From: an uncultured delta proteobacterium
GTDB lineage: Bacteria > Myxococcota > Myxococcia > Myxococcales > Myxococcaceae
DNA: 64,000 nt
Direction of reading: 5' to 3'
NCBI GenBank assembly: GCA_963776345.1
Contig: CAVZMH010000019.1
Span: 128,001-192,000 of the forward strand
The position numbers and the translations under genes were made by a program. The notes under the pieces are model-generated. The model ran no database searches. It saw nothing but the letters and a program-made list of their open reading frames with translations, and had not been told where the DNA came from. Shown here one piece after another: positions 19,839-28,863 of the stretch (position 1 is its first letter; the number at the start of each line of letters is the position of its first letter).

Positions 19839-20573
19839 ATGTGGAATCGTCTCAAGCGTGCGATGCGGAGCTTCTTCGGCTTCTTCGTCTCGGGCATCGA
19901 GAACCCGGAGCTGATCCTCGAGCAGAACATCCGGGACCTGAACGACCAGGTGCCGCGGATGAACGAGTCGATCGCCATGGTCCGGGCGAACCTCACGCTT
20001 CTGGAAAAAGAGAACCAGAAGTACCAGACCGAGGTGAACGACCTCACCGCCAGGGTGAAGGCCGCCATCCAGGCCAACCGGGACGACCTCGCCGCCTCCT
20101 ACGCCACCCGGCTCCAGATGGAGCGGCAGGCGCTGGAGCGGAACATCCAGCAGCTCGACACCGCCAAGTCCGCCTACGAGAAGGCGCTGAACGTCAAGAA
20201 GATGTTCATGCGCGAGAAGGAGCGGAAGACGCAGGAGGCGATGAGCGCCATCCGCGACGCCCGCCGCGCCAAGTGGCAGTCCAAGGTGGCCGACGCGATG
20301 GAGTCCTTCGAGGTCGCCGGCATCGACGCCACCCACGACGAGATGCTGCGCAAGGTCCAGGAGGCCGCCGCGGTCAACGAGGCCCGGATGCAGATGGCGC
20401 TCGAGTCGGTGGACCACCAGGCGCTGCAGATCGAGGAGGACGCCGAGAAGCTGCAGGCCCAGGAGCTGGTCAAGCAGTTCAAGATGGAGATGGGGCTCGC
20501 CACGCCCACCCCGGTGTCCGAGACCGGAGAGGCCCCGGAGAAGACCATCGGCAAGAAGGTGGAGGTGAAGTAA
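19839..20573 (+). CDS. pspA: PspA/IM30 (ESCRT-III-like) family protein
   Basis: Amphipathic N-terminal helix [27 protein letters not shown], all-helical coiled coil of 244 aa. Confidence 0.88.
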   Translation: MWNRLKRAMRSFFGFFVSGIENPELILEQNIRDLNDQVPRMNESIAMVRANLTLLEKENQKYQTEVNDLTARVKAAIQANRDDLAASYATRLQMERQALERNIQQLDTAKSAYEKALNVKKMFMREKERKTQEAMSAIRDARRAKWQSKVADAMESFEVAGIDATHDEMLRKVQEAAAVNEARMQMALESVDHQALQIEEDAEKLQAQELVKQFKMEMGLATPTPVSETGEAPEKTIGKKVEVK

Positions 20574-20586
20574 AGCCAGTCTCCGG

Positions 20587-21747
20587 ATGGCCTGGCGGCG
20601 CAAGACGGGGCGGTATCTCTTCCTCGCGCTCCTCCTCGTCGCCGGTGGGTGGCTCGCGGCGAGCTGGATGGGCCTGCTCGACCGGGCCAGCAGACGGCTG
20701 TTCCCGGCGCTGGAGAAGACCGGGACCCTGTCCCCCGGGGACTTCCCCGCCGGGGTCACCGCGCCGGGCGGGGACATCGCCTCCGTCCCCCTCCGTCCCA
20801 CCCTCCTCGGCTTCACGCCCCGCGGCTCGGCAGCGTCGCTCCTGCTGGCCACCGGGGGCGTCGGGGCTGAGGGCAAGGGAGGCCTGCTCCGGACCGGCTA
20901 CTCGCTGGACGCCCGCGCCGTGGTCTTCGCCCGAACCGCCGAGCTCCGCAAGGCGCTCCGGGATGGCGCCGAGCGCGGCGGCGTGGACATGGCGGCGCTC
21001 ACCGTTGACCGGGTGGCGAGCTGGATCCACCCCCTCCGCGACGCCGCGCCCCGGGTGGTGCTCCTGCTCGCGAGGAGCCAGGGGGCGGATGCGCTGGGGG
21101 CGGTGGGCGTCTCCAGCCTTGGCGAGCTCAAGGGGCGGCGGCTGGCGGTGGCCGCCGCCAGCCCCGGCCAGTACTTCGCGTTCTGGCTCCTGATGCGGGC
21201 AGGCCTCGGAACCGGGGACGTGCGCTGGGTGGACCTGCCGTCGTCGCTCGACGCGGGGCTGGCGCTGCGCGAGGGGCGGGCGGACGCCATCGTCGGGCTG
21301 CGGGGCGACGTCGACGCCGCCACGGCCGACCGCGGCGGCCGGGTCCTGGCCACCACCGCCGACGCGCCACACCTCGTGGCGACCGTCCTCGTCGTGCGGG
21401 GGGATTTCGCCGCGCGCTACCCGGATGGGGTGCGCCGCACCATCCGGGGCCTGCTGGACGCGGCGGCAGCCACCGTCCGGGATCCGATCCCGGCGGCGCG
21501 CTTCCTCGGCGAGGTGGCCCCCTCGCTCGGGGACCCACGCGAGGCGGTGCTGGACGAGCCCCCGGCCACCCTGCGCGAGAACCTCGCCTTCTTCGGCATC
21601 GCCGGGCAGGCTCCGGTCACCTACGACGAACTCTTCCAGAGCGCGGCCGCTCTCGAGGCGCGGCTGGGAAAGTCGCCCCCGCCGCCCGCGGCGGAGGACA
21701 CCCGCGACGTGACCGTCATCCGGAGCCTGGGGGAGGCGCGCCCATGA
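20587..21747 (+). CDS. Membrane-anchored substrate-binding protein, NMT1/SsuA-like
   Basis: N-terminal [30 protein letters not shown] motifs of type 2 periplasmic binding proteins. Confidence 0.75.
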   Translation: MAWRRKTGRYLFLALLLVAGGWLAASWMGLLDRASRRLFPALEKTGTLSPGDFPAGVTAPGGDIASVPLRPTLLGFTPRGSAASLLLATGGVGAEGKGGLLRTGYSLDARAVVFARTAELRKALRDGAERGGVDMAALTVDRVASWIHPLRDAAPRVVLLLARSQGADALGAVGVSSLGELKGRRLAVAAASPGQYFAFWLLMRAGLGTGDVRWVDLPSSLDAGLALREGRADAIVGLRGDVDAATADRGGRVLATTADAPHLVATVLVVRGDFAARYPDGVRRTIRGLLDAAAATVRDPIPAARFLGEVAPSLGDPREAVLDEPPATLRENLAFFGIAGQAPVTYDELFQSAAALEARLGKSPPPPAAEDTRDVTVIRSLGEARP

Positions 21748-22541
21748 GAAGGCGCCGGAGCACCCTCCGCGCGGCGCTCCTCGCCCCGGCGAACGTCGTC
21801 GCGCTGGCCACCGCGGGCGGGGCGGCGCTGGTCACCGGACAGGCGCTCCCGGCCCTGGTGGCGCTCGCGGCGGAGGCGTTCTACCTCGCGGTCGTGGGGC
21901 TCGTCCCTGCGCTCCGCCGCGCGGTGGGCTCCGGGGCCACCTCGCCCGAGGACGACGAGATGGAGCGCCTGCTGGCCGAGCTGGCCGAGAACCAGCGCGA
22001 GCACTACTTCGTGCTCCGAGACCTCCGCGACGCCATCCTCGAGAACTACCGGAAGCTCCCCGGCGGCGGGGTGCTGGCTGCGTCCAGCGAGGCACAGCTC
22101 GCGGCGCTGCTCACCGCCTTCCTCCGTCTGCTCGCCACGCTCAACGACCATCGCCGCTACCTGGGCATCGCCGACCGCGAGGCGCTGCGGCGCGAGCTGC
22201 GGCTGCTCGAGGCCGAGCTGGACGGACAGGGCAACCCGCGGCTGCGCGAGGTGCAGGAGAAGCGGGCGGACATCCTCCGCCGGCGGCTGGAGCGGTTCGG
22301 CCAGGCCGAGGAGAGCCGGGCGGTGGTGAGCCACCAGCTCGCCAGCATCGAGGACCTGGTCAAGCTGACCCACGAGCAGTCCATCTCCATCCGCGATCCG
22401 GCGGCGGTCACCGGGATGCTCGACGCGCTCGCCGCCGAGGTCAGCGCCACCGAGCAGACGGTGCGCGAGCTGGAGCAGTTCTTGGACGTCACCGAGGAGC
22501 CGGGCGCCGCCGGGGGCCGCCGCACCCGGGTGCGGGGATGA
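21744..22541 (+). CDS. Hypothetical membrane protein, N-terminal TM hairpin + long coiled coil
   Basis: Hydrophobic N-terminus, charged helical remainder; ATGA overlaps on both sides. Confidence 0.75.
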   Translation: MRRRRSTLRAALLAPANVVALATAGGAALVTGQALPALVALAAEAFYLAVVGLVPALRRAVGSGATSPEDDEMERLLAELAENQREHYFVLRDLRDAILENYRKLPGGGVLAASSEAQLAALLTAFLRLLATLNDHRRYLGIADREALRRELRLLEAELDGQGNPRLREVQEKRADILRRRLERFGQAEESRAVVSHQLASIEDLVKLTHEQSISIRDPAAVTGMLDALAAEVSATEQTVRELEQFLDVTEEPGAAGGRRTRVRG

Positions 22542-23614
22542 GGGCCGGGGCGCTCGCCGCGCGGCTCGCGGTCCGGGTGCACCAGGGGCTCCGGGCCCTG
22601 GTGGACCGGCTCGCGCCGCCGGAGCTGCTGCTGGCCGAGCGGATCACCGGGGTGGCGCGCACCGCCGTTGCCGGGGCGCTGGTCTCCAGCGGGCTGGCCG
22701 AGCGGCTCGACGGCACGCCCCGCACCGCCCGCGAGCTGGTGGGCGACGGGGCGCTGGAGCTCGACACCGCCGAGCGCATCCTCCGCGGCGCCGCCGCGGT
22801 GGGGCTGCTCGAGCGCAGCGGCGCTGGCTTCCGCCGCAACCGCCTCACCCGGGTGCTCCAGCCCGAGGCGCCGCGCTCGCTCGGTGCGCTGGCGGTCTAC
22901 TTCGCCTCCGAGTCGAACCTCCTCGCCTGGAGCCGCTTCCCCGAGGCGGTGCGCACCGGCGAGGTGGCGTTCCGCCGCGCGCACGGCCACGGCATCTGGG
23001 AGCACCTCGCCTCGTCCGAGGAGGAGGGCGCGCGCTTCGCCCGGGCGATGGACGCGGTCACCCGCCTCGATGCGGAGGCGGTCGTCCAGACCCCCGGGTT
23101 CTCGGGCCTCGGGGGCCTGTGCGACGTCGCCGGCGGCACGGGCGCGCTGCTCGAGGCGGCGCTCCGGGCGCATCCGCGGCTGACGGGCGTGCTGGTGGAC
23201 GCGCCGGGCGTGGTGCAGCTCGCGCGCCGCCGCTTCGAGCGCTCCGGGCTGCTCGGACGGGTGCGGCTCGAGCCAGCGGACGTCTTCGCCCGGGTGCCCG
23301 AGGGTCTCCCGGCGTACGTGCTGAAGGACGTGCTCCACGACTGGGACGACGCCCGGGCGCTGGCGCTGCTCGCGGTCGTCCGCCGGGCGATGCCGGCCGG
23401 AGCGCGCCTGCTCCTGGTGGAGCTGCTCCTCGAGGGTGGCCCGGTGGAGGCGCTGGCCTCCCTGGTGGACCTCCAGATGCTGGCGGTCACCGACGGGGGG
23501 CGGCAGCGCTCGGTGGACGAGCTCGCCGGTCTGCTCGGGCGGGCCGGGTTCTCCCGGCCCGTGGTGCACCGGACCCGTACCGCGAGCAGCGTCCTGGTCT
23601 CGGAGGCCGTGTAG
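22538..23614 (+). CDS. SAM-dependent O-methyltransferase (Methyltransf_2)
   Basis: CDVAGGTG, DVF, LKDVLHDWDD, DLQML..GGRQRS. Confidence 0.9.
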   Translation: MRAGALAARLAVRVHQGLRALVDRLAPPELLLAERITGVARTAVAGALVSSGLAERLDGTPRTARELVGDGALELDTAERILRGAAAVGLLERSGAGFRRNRLTRVLQPEAPRSLGALAVYFASESNLLAWSRFPEAVRTGEVAFRRAHGHGIWEHLASSEEEGARFARAMDAVTRLDAEAVVQTPGFSGLGGLCDVAGGTGALLEAALRAHPRLTGVLVDAPGVVQLARRRFERSGLLGRVRLEPADVFARVPEGLPAYVLKDVLHDWDDARALALLAVVRRAMPAGARLLLVELLLEGGPVEALASLVDLQMLAVTDGGRQRSVDELAGLLGRAGFSRPVVHRTRTASSVLVSEAV

Positions 23615-23628
23615 AGTCACCGGCCGAC

Positions 23629-24408
23629 ATGGCCGAGGTCCTGACGAGAGACGATGCGAGGGTGCGGTGGATCACCTTCAACCGCCCCGAGACGCGCAAT
23701 GCGCTCACCACCCAGGTGAACGACACGGTCCGCGAGGCGGTGACCTCCGCCCCGACCAGCGGCGCCCGGGTGGTGGTGCTCACCGGTGCCGGCGGCGCCT
23801 TCAGCTCGGGGCTCGACCTGCGCGTGGCCGCCGAGGAGGGCATGGACTCCGAGCGCATCGAGTCGCGGATGCGCACCCACTTCCACGGGCTCATCCGCGC
23901 CATCCGCGCCTGTCCGCTGCCGACCCTCGCCGTGGTGGATGGACCGGCGGCCGGCTTCGGGTGCGACTTGGCGCTGGCCTGCGATCTCCGGCTGGTCTCC
24001 GACCGGGCCCGCTTCGGGGAGATCTTCGTCAAGCGCGGGCTGATGCCGGACGGCGGCGGCACCTGGATGCTCCCCCGCCTGATCGGCCTCGGGCGGGCGC
24101 TGGAGCTGATGCTCACCGGCGACCTGGTGGACGCCGCCGAGGCGCACCGGATCGGGCTCGCCAACCGCGTCTACCCCGCGCAGCAGCTCGAGTCCGCCGC
24201 CTGGGACTTCGCCCGGACCCTCGCCGCCGGGCCGCCGCTGGTGCACCGGGCGGTGAAGGCGGCGGTGGAGGCGGCGAGCCACTCCAGCCTCGACGAGGCC
24301 CTGGAGGGCGAGGTGCGGGGGCAGCTGAAGCTCCTGGCCTCGGCGGACTTCCAGGAAGGGGTGGTCGCGTTCCTCGAGAAGCGGCCGCCGACGTTCCGGG
24401 GAGAGTGA
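23629..24408 (+). CDS. Enoyl-CoA hydratase/isomerase
   Basis: FNRPETRNAL, AFSSGLDL, GPAAGFG, GLMPDGG, FLEKRPP. Confidence 0.92.
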   Translation: MAEVLTRDDARVRWITFNRPETRNALTTQVNDTVREAVTSAPTSGARVVVLTGAGGAFSSGLDLRVAAEEGMDSERIESRMRTHFHGLIRAIRACPLPTLAVVDGPAAGFGCDLALACDLRLVSDRARFGEIFVKRGLMPDGGGTWMLPRLIGLGRALELMLTGDLVDAAEAHRIGLANRVYPAQQLESAAWDFARTLAAGPPLVHRAVKAAVEAASHSSLDEALEGEVRGQLKLLASADFQEGVVAFLEKRPPTFRGE

Positions 24409-24439
24409 GCGAAGGTGTGAGACGCACACCGGCGCCTCG

Positions 24440-24469
24440 TTGACCCTCCGCTCGGCCGGTCGCTAGGCT
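24440..24469 (+). promoter_or_regulatory. Possible sigma70 promoter of the kinase gene
   Basis: TTGACC (24440-24445), 18-nt spacer, TAGGCT (24464-24469). Confidence 0.4.
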
Positions 24470-24504
24470 TGCTGGCCGCGGTTGCTCCCCGGACCCGGCC
24501 TCCC

Positions 24505-26976
24505 TTGACCATTCCCACGCCGAAGAAGCAGCCGATCCCCTTCGGACGGTACCTGCTGCTCGACCGGATCAACATCGGCGGCATGGCCGAGGTCTGGCGC
24601 GGCAAGGTCTTCGGCGCCGGCGGCTTCGAGCGCCTGGTGGCGATCAAGCGCATCCTCCCCAACATCGCGGAGGACGAAGAGTTCATCTCCATGTTCCAGG
24701 ACGAGGCGAAGATCAGCGTCCAGCTGACTCACGCCAACATTTGTCAGATCTACGAGCTGAACCGGCTCGGCCCCAGCCTCTACATCGCGATGGAGTACGT
24801 CCCGGGGAAGGACCTCCGCTCCATCTTCGAGCGGGCCCGGAAGAAGGGCGAGCCACCCCCGGTGCCGCTGGTCTGCTACGTCGTCGGCAAGCTCTGCGAG
24901 GGCCTGGACTACGCACATCGAAAGAAGGACCAGCACGGCCGCGACCTGAACGTGGTCCACCGCGACGTCTCGCCCCAGAACGTCCTCATCTCCTTCGAGG
25001 GGGAGGTGAAGGTCATCGACTTCGGCATCGCCAAGGCCGCGGGGAAGGTGACCAAGACCCAGGCCGGCATCCTCAAGGGCAAGTTCGGGTACATGAGCCC
25101 GGAGCAGATCCGCGGGCTCCCCCTCGACCGGCGGAGCGACGTGTTCGCCATCGGGGTCTGCCTCTACGAGCTGCTCACCGGGGAGCGCCTCTTCGTCGGC
25201 GAGAGCGACTTCCAGGTGCTGGAGAAGGTGCGCAAGGCCGAGGTGCTCCCGCCGTCCACGTACAACCGGAGGATCCCCGAGGCGCTGGAGCGCATCGTGC
25301 TCAAGGCACTGGCCAAGGACCCGCAGGACCGCTTCCAGTACGCGAGCGAGCTCGCGGATGACCTGCAACGCTTCCTCATCACCTCGGACAGCATCTTCAG
25401 CCGCAAGGACCTGATGCAGTACATGAAGTCCACCTTCGCCGAGGAGGTGGAGCGCGAGCGGGCCCGGTTGGCCGAGTACGCCGACGTCAAGGCCCCCGAG
25501 GGGATGCTCTCCGAGGGCGGCGGCGGCACCGTGCCGGTGCTCGCCCGCACCACCGGCCCCATCCTCGCCGCGGTTCCGACCCCGCCCTCCACGCCCGCGG
25601 TGGTCAAGAGCGCCTCGCTTCCCCGGCTCACCGCCGCCGCCCCGCAGGCGCAGTCCCCCCGCGACGACGAGGGCACGCTCCTGGTCGACGGGAGCGAGGT
25701 GCTCGCCTCGGTGGAGGCTTCACGGCCGCGCGTCCAGCCCATCGTCGGCGCGGAGCCCGAGACCGACCCCGAGCGCGCTGGCAGCGTCGCCGCGCCCGAG
25801 CCCGAGCCCGGCGATGATGCCCCCGTCTCCCCGGTCGACGAGACCATCGTCCGCCTCCGTCCCGGCGCGCCCACCCCTCCGGCCGCGGAGCTCGTGGCGA
25901 TGACCGTGCCCCCCCCGCTACCCCCGAGGCCGCAGCCCGCTCCCGCCGCCGTGGCCCCGAGCCCTGCGCCGGGGTCGCCCACCCCGCCGCCGGCCGTGCC
26001 CGGAACGGCGCCGGTGCCCACCTCGCCCAGCGGACCCGTCCCCGCCCTCGAGGCGCCGCTGGACGCGCCCGTGGCCGACGCCGCCCTGCCTCCGCCCGTC
26101 GAGGCGCAGGACGGGCAGCCCGCTGCGGAACCGGCGGCGCTCTCCGCCGGCGAGCTCGAGGTCGCGGACCGGGCCGCCGCCCTGGAAGCGGGGCGCTCGA
26201 GGCGGCGGATGTGGCCCTGGGCCTTGGGCGCCGTCGCCGCGCTCGGGCTCGGCAGCGCCGCCATCCTGCGGGTCCGCGAGCCTGCCACCGGCCGGGTGGT
26301 GCTGGACGTGAGCCCGCCCGAGGCCCGCGGCCGCGTCCGGCTCACCGTCGGGGGCGCCGACCTCGGGGTGCCAACGCACTGGCCGGTGGTGCATTCCGTC
26401 CCCTCGGGCAAGGTGGAGGTCCTCGCCTCGGCGGACGGGTTCAAGCCGGCCCTGGTGGAAGCGAGCGTCGGGCGGGGCAACGCCGCGACCCCGGTGCTGG
26501 TCTCGCTCCAGCGCGCGGCCACGGTGGCTCGCTTCACCGTGCTTCCCGAGCCGGACGACGCCGAGGTACGGCTCGACGGCCAGGTGGTGAAGCGCTCGGG
26601 CTCGCACGGCCTGTACGTCGGCGAGCTGGCGCCCGGCGCGGCGCACACGGTGCAAATCAAGCGGGCCGGCTACAAGCCGTTGGAGGCGCAGGTGAGCGCG
26701 CGGAGCGCGGAGGAGCCGGTGGAGCTGCGCACCGCGCTCGAGCCGCTGGAGTTCCCGCTGCTGGTCACCTCGGCGCCGTCCGGCGCGGTGGTGTTCAGCG
26801 GCGAGCGGCTGCTCGGGGTCACGCCGCTCTCCGTCCGGGTGCCGGCCACTGCCTCGGCGCTCACCTTTCGCAAGCGCTGCTTCGAGACGGCCCAGGTGCC
26901 GCTCCGCCTGCCCGAGCAGCCAGGGTCGCGCGTCCCGGTCCGGGCGGCGCTGCGCAAGGTGCCCGGCTGCCGTTAG
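24505..26976 (+). CDS. Hanks-type Ser/Thr kinase with TM and extracytoplasmic PEGA domains
   Basis: GGMAEV, VAIK, HRDVSPQN, DFG, YMSPEQ; Pro-rich linker; TM; S.P.GA.V...G.TP PEGA pattern; TTG start inferred (24469 is an alternative). Confidence 0.92.
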   Translation: MTIPTPKKQPIPFGRYLLLDRINIGGMAEVWRGKVFGAGGFERLVAIKRILPNIAEDEEFISMFQDEAKISVQLTHANICQIYELNRLGPSLYIAMEYVPGKDLRSIFERARKKGEPPPVPLVCYVVGKLCEGLDYAHRKKDQHGRDLNVVHRDVSPQNVLISFEGEVKVIDFGIAKAAGKVTKTQAGILKGKFGYMSPEQIRGLPLDRRSDVFAIGVCLYELLTGERLFVGESDFQVLEKVRKAEVLPPSTYNRRIPEALERIVLKALAKDPQDRFQYASELADDLQRFLITSDSIFSRKDLMQYMKSTFAEEVERERARLAEYADVKAPEGMLSEGGGGTVPVLARTTGPILAAVPTPPSTPAVVKSASLPRLTAAAPQAQSPRDDEGTLLVDGSEVLASVEASRPRVQPIVGAEPETDPERAGSVAAPEPEPGDDAPVSPVDETIVRLRPGAPTPPAAELVAMTVPPPLPPRPQPAPAAVAPSPAPGSPTPPPAVPGTAPVPTSPSGPVPALEAPLDAPVADAALPPPVEAQDGQPAAEPAALSAGELEVADRAAALEAGRSRRRMWPWALGAVAALGLGSAAILRVREPATGRVVLDVSPPEARGRVRLTVGGADLGVPTHWPVVHSVPSGKVEVLASADGFKPALVEASVGRGNAATPVLVSLQRAATVARFTVLPEPDDAEVRLDGQVVKRSGSHGLYVGELAPGAAHTVQIKRAGYKPLEAQVSARSAEEPVELRTALEPLEFPLLVTSAPSGAVVFSGERLLGVTPLSVRVPATASALTFRKRCFETAQVPLRLPEQPGSRVPVRAALRKVPGCR

Positions 26977-27046
26977 GTCAGGGCCGCGGCGTTCGGTAGG
27001 TCGGGAGCCCCGGCGTCGGGTAGGTCGGGGCCGCGGCATCCGTTAG
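26973..27046 (+). repeat. Three tandem 23-24 nt GTAG-type REP-like units
   Basis: TTAGGTCAGGGCCGCGGCGTTCG / GTAGGTCGGGAGCCCCGGCGTCGG / GTAGGTCGGGGCCGCGGCATCCG. Confidence 0.65.
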
Positions 27047-27060
27047 AGTCCCTCGCCCCC

Positions 27061-28806
27061 ATGCCACCTCGCTCCCGCAAGGCCAGCGACCCGCTGGCCG
27101 ACCTGCCGCCCTGGGCGCAGAAGCTGGCCCAGGCCTACTACACGAAGACGGTCAGCACCTTCCTGCTCCACGGCGCGGTGCGCGACCTGCAGCCCCTCGG
27201 GCCCGCGGACGACCGCTCCTATGGCCCGCTGAAGCAGTTCCTCACCGAGGAGTTGTTCGGCGGCCGGAGCCACGTCCTGCACTACGACCGCTCGAGCGGC
27301 ATCCGCGCCGCCACCCCGGACTCGCAGAAGGACTTCACCCGGACTCTCACCGCCTACGACACGCTCTACGGGACGGACTACGCCAAGGTGCTCCCGCGCG
27401 ACCCGGGCCGGGCGCTGCAGATCCTCGAGAACTACCTCCGGATGCGCCTGTCCGACGGGCAGTCGCTGGCTCTGATCATCGACTTCGCCGAGACGCTGGC
27501 CCCGGGCGGGGAGATGGGCAGCCTCTCGGCGGAGGACCGGTTCGTCCTGGCCACCCTGGTGAAGTGGGCCTCCGACCCCCAGTTCCTCGCCGGTGACCTG
27601 TCCGTCGTGCTCCTGGTGGAGAACCTGGCGGAGATCTCCGGGCGGCTCTCGCGCAACCCGTACGTCGCCAGCATCGAGCTGCCGCTGCCCACCGAGGAGG
27701 AGCGGCTCGACTTCGTGCGGGTGAAGCTCGACGGGAAGAGGCTGGCCTCGATCTCCGAGATCCCCGCCCCGGCGCTGGCCAAGATGAGCGCCGGCCTGTC
27801 GCGCATCAACCTGGACCGCATCCTCACCGAGGCGGTGGAGCGCGAGGTGCGCATCACCCCCGAGCTGCTGAAGGAGAAGAAGAAGGAGGTCATCCAGGCG
27901 GAGTGCCACGGCCTCCTGGAGTTCATCGAGCCCGCGCACACCCTGGACTCGGTCGCCGGGCACGCCCGGGCCAAGGAGATGCTCCGGCAGGCCGCGGCGG
28001 CGCTGAGGAAGGGCCGGATCGAGGTGCTCCCCATGGGGTACCTGGTGTCCGGGCCGGTGGGCACCGGCAAGACGTTCCTCGCCACCTGCTTCGCCGGGGA
28101 GATCGGCATCCCCTGCGTGAAGTTCCTCAACTTCCGCAGCCAGTGGCAGGGCGTCACCGAGGCCAACCTCGAGAAGATCTTCAACCTCCTCAAGGCGCTG
28201 TGGCCGGTGGCGGTGATGGTGGACGAGGCGGACGCCTTCCTCGGCAACCGCGAGGCCTCGGGCGACTCCGGGACCTCCAGCCGGGTGTTCGCCTCCATCG
28301 CCTCCTTCATGGGCAACACCGAGTACCGGGGGAAGATCGTCTGGTTCCTCCTCACCGCGAGGCCGGATCTCTTGCCCGTCGACCTCAAGCGGCAGGGCCG
28401 GGCGGAGGAGCACCTGGCGCTCTTCTATCCGCAGAACGACACCGAGCGGGACGAGCTCGCCCGGGTGGTGGCGAGGAAGGTGAAGGTGGGCGTGCAGCTG
28501 CCGTCCTTCGCCGCGCTCCTCCCGGGCGGAACGCAGATGTCGGGGGCGGACATCGAGGCGGTGCTGGTGCGCTCCAAGTTCCGGGCGCTGGCCCACGGCC
28601 GCGAGGAGCCCACCGAGGACGACGTGCGGGCGGTGGTGGCGGACTTCGTCCCGCCCTCGTACCCGCTGGAGATCGAGCTGCAGAACCTGGCCGCGGTGCA
28701 GGAGTGCACCAGCCGGGAGCTCCTGCCCGAGGCGTACCGGACGATGGAGCGGGACACCATCACCCGGCGGATCCGGGAGCTGAAGATGCTCCTCGAGGAG
28801 CGCTGA
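27061..28806 (+). CDS. AAA+ ATPase with a degenerate N-terminal AAA and an intact C-terminal AAA (Ycf46/SpoVK-like)
   Basis: Walker A GPVGTGKT, pore loop SQWQG, Walker B VMVDEAD, KRQGR, SGADIE. Confidence 0.88.
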   Translation: MPPRSRKASDPLADLPPWAQKLAQAYYTKTVSTFLLHGAVRDLQPLGPADDRSYGPLKQFLTEELFGGRSHVLHYDRSSGIRAATPDSQKDFTRTLTAYDTLYGTDYAKVLPRDPGRALQILENYLRMRLSDGQSLALIIDFAETLAPGGEMGSLSAEDRFVLATLVKWASDPQFLAGDLSVVLLVENLAEISGRLSRNPYVASIELPLPTEEERLDFVRVKLDGKRLASISEIPAPALAKMSAGLSRINLDRILTEAVEREVRITPELLKEKKKEVIQAECHGLLEFIEPAHTLDSVAGHARAKEMLRQAAAALRKGRIEVLPMGYLVSGPVGTGKTFLATCFAGEIGIPCVKFLNFRSQWQGVTEANLEKIFNLLKALWPVAVMVDEADAFLGNREASGDSGTSSRVFASIASFMGNTEYRGKIVWFLLTARPDLLPVDLKRQGRAEEHLALFYPQNDTERDELARVVARKVKVGVQLPSFAALLPGGTQMSGADIEAVLVRSKFRALAHGREEPTEDDVRAVVADFVPPSYPLEIELQNLAAVQECTSRELLPEAYRTMERDTITRRIRELKMLLEER

Positions 28807-28863
28807 GCCCTCGAGGGGCCGTTCAGCGCAGCCCCGTCTCGGCGTCGCTCGGCCGACGTCCGC

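Noticed and set aside
26973..27046. Tandem 23-24 nt units as a CRISPR array
   Set aside because: No unique spacers, degenerate units, no cas genes; better explained as REP-like repeats
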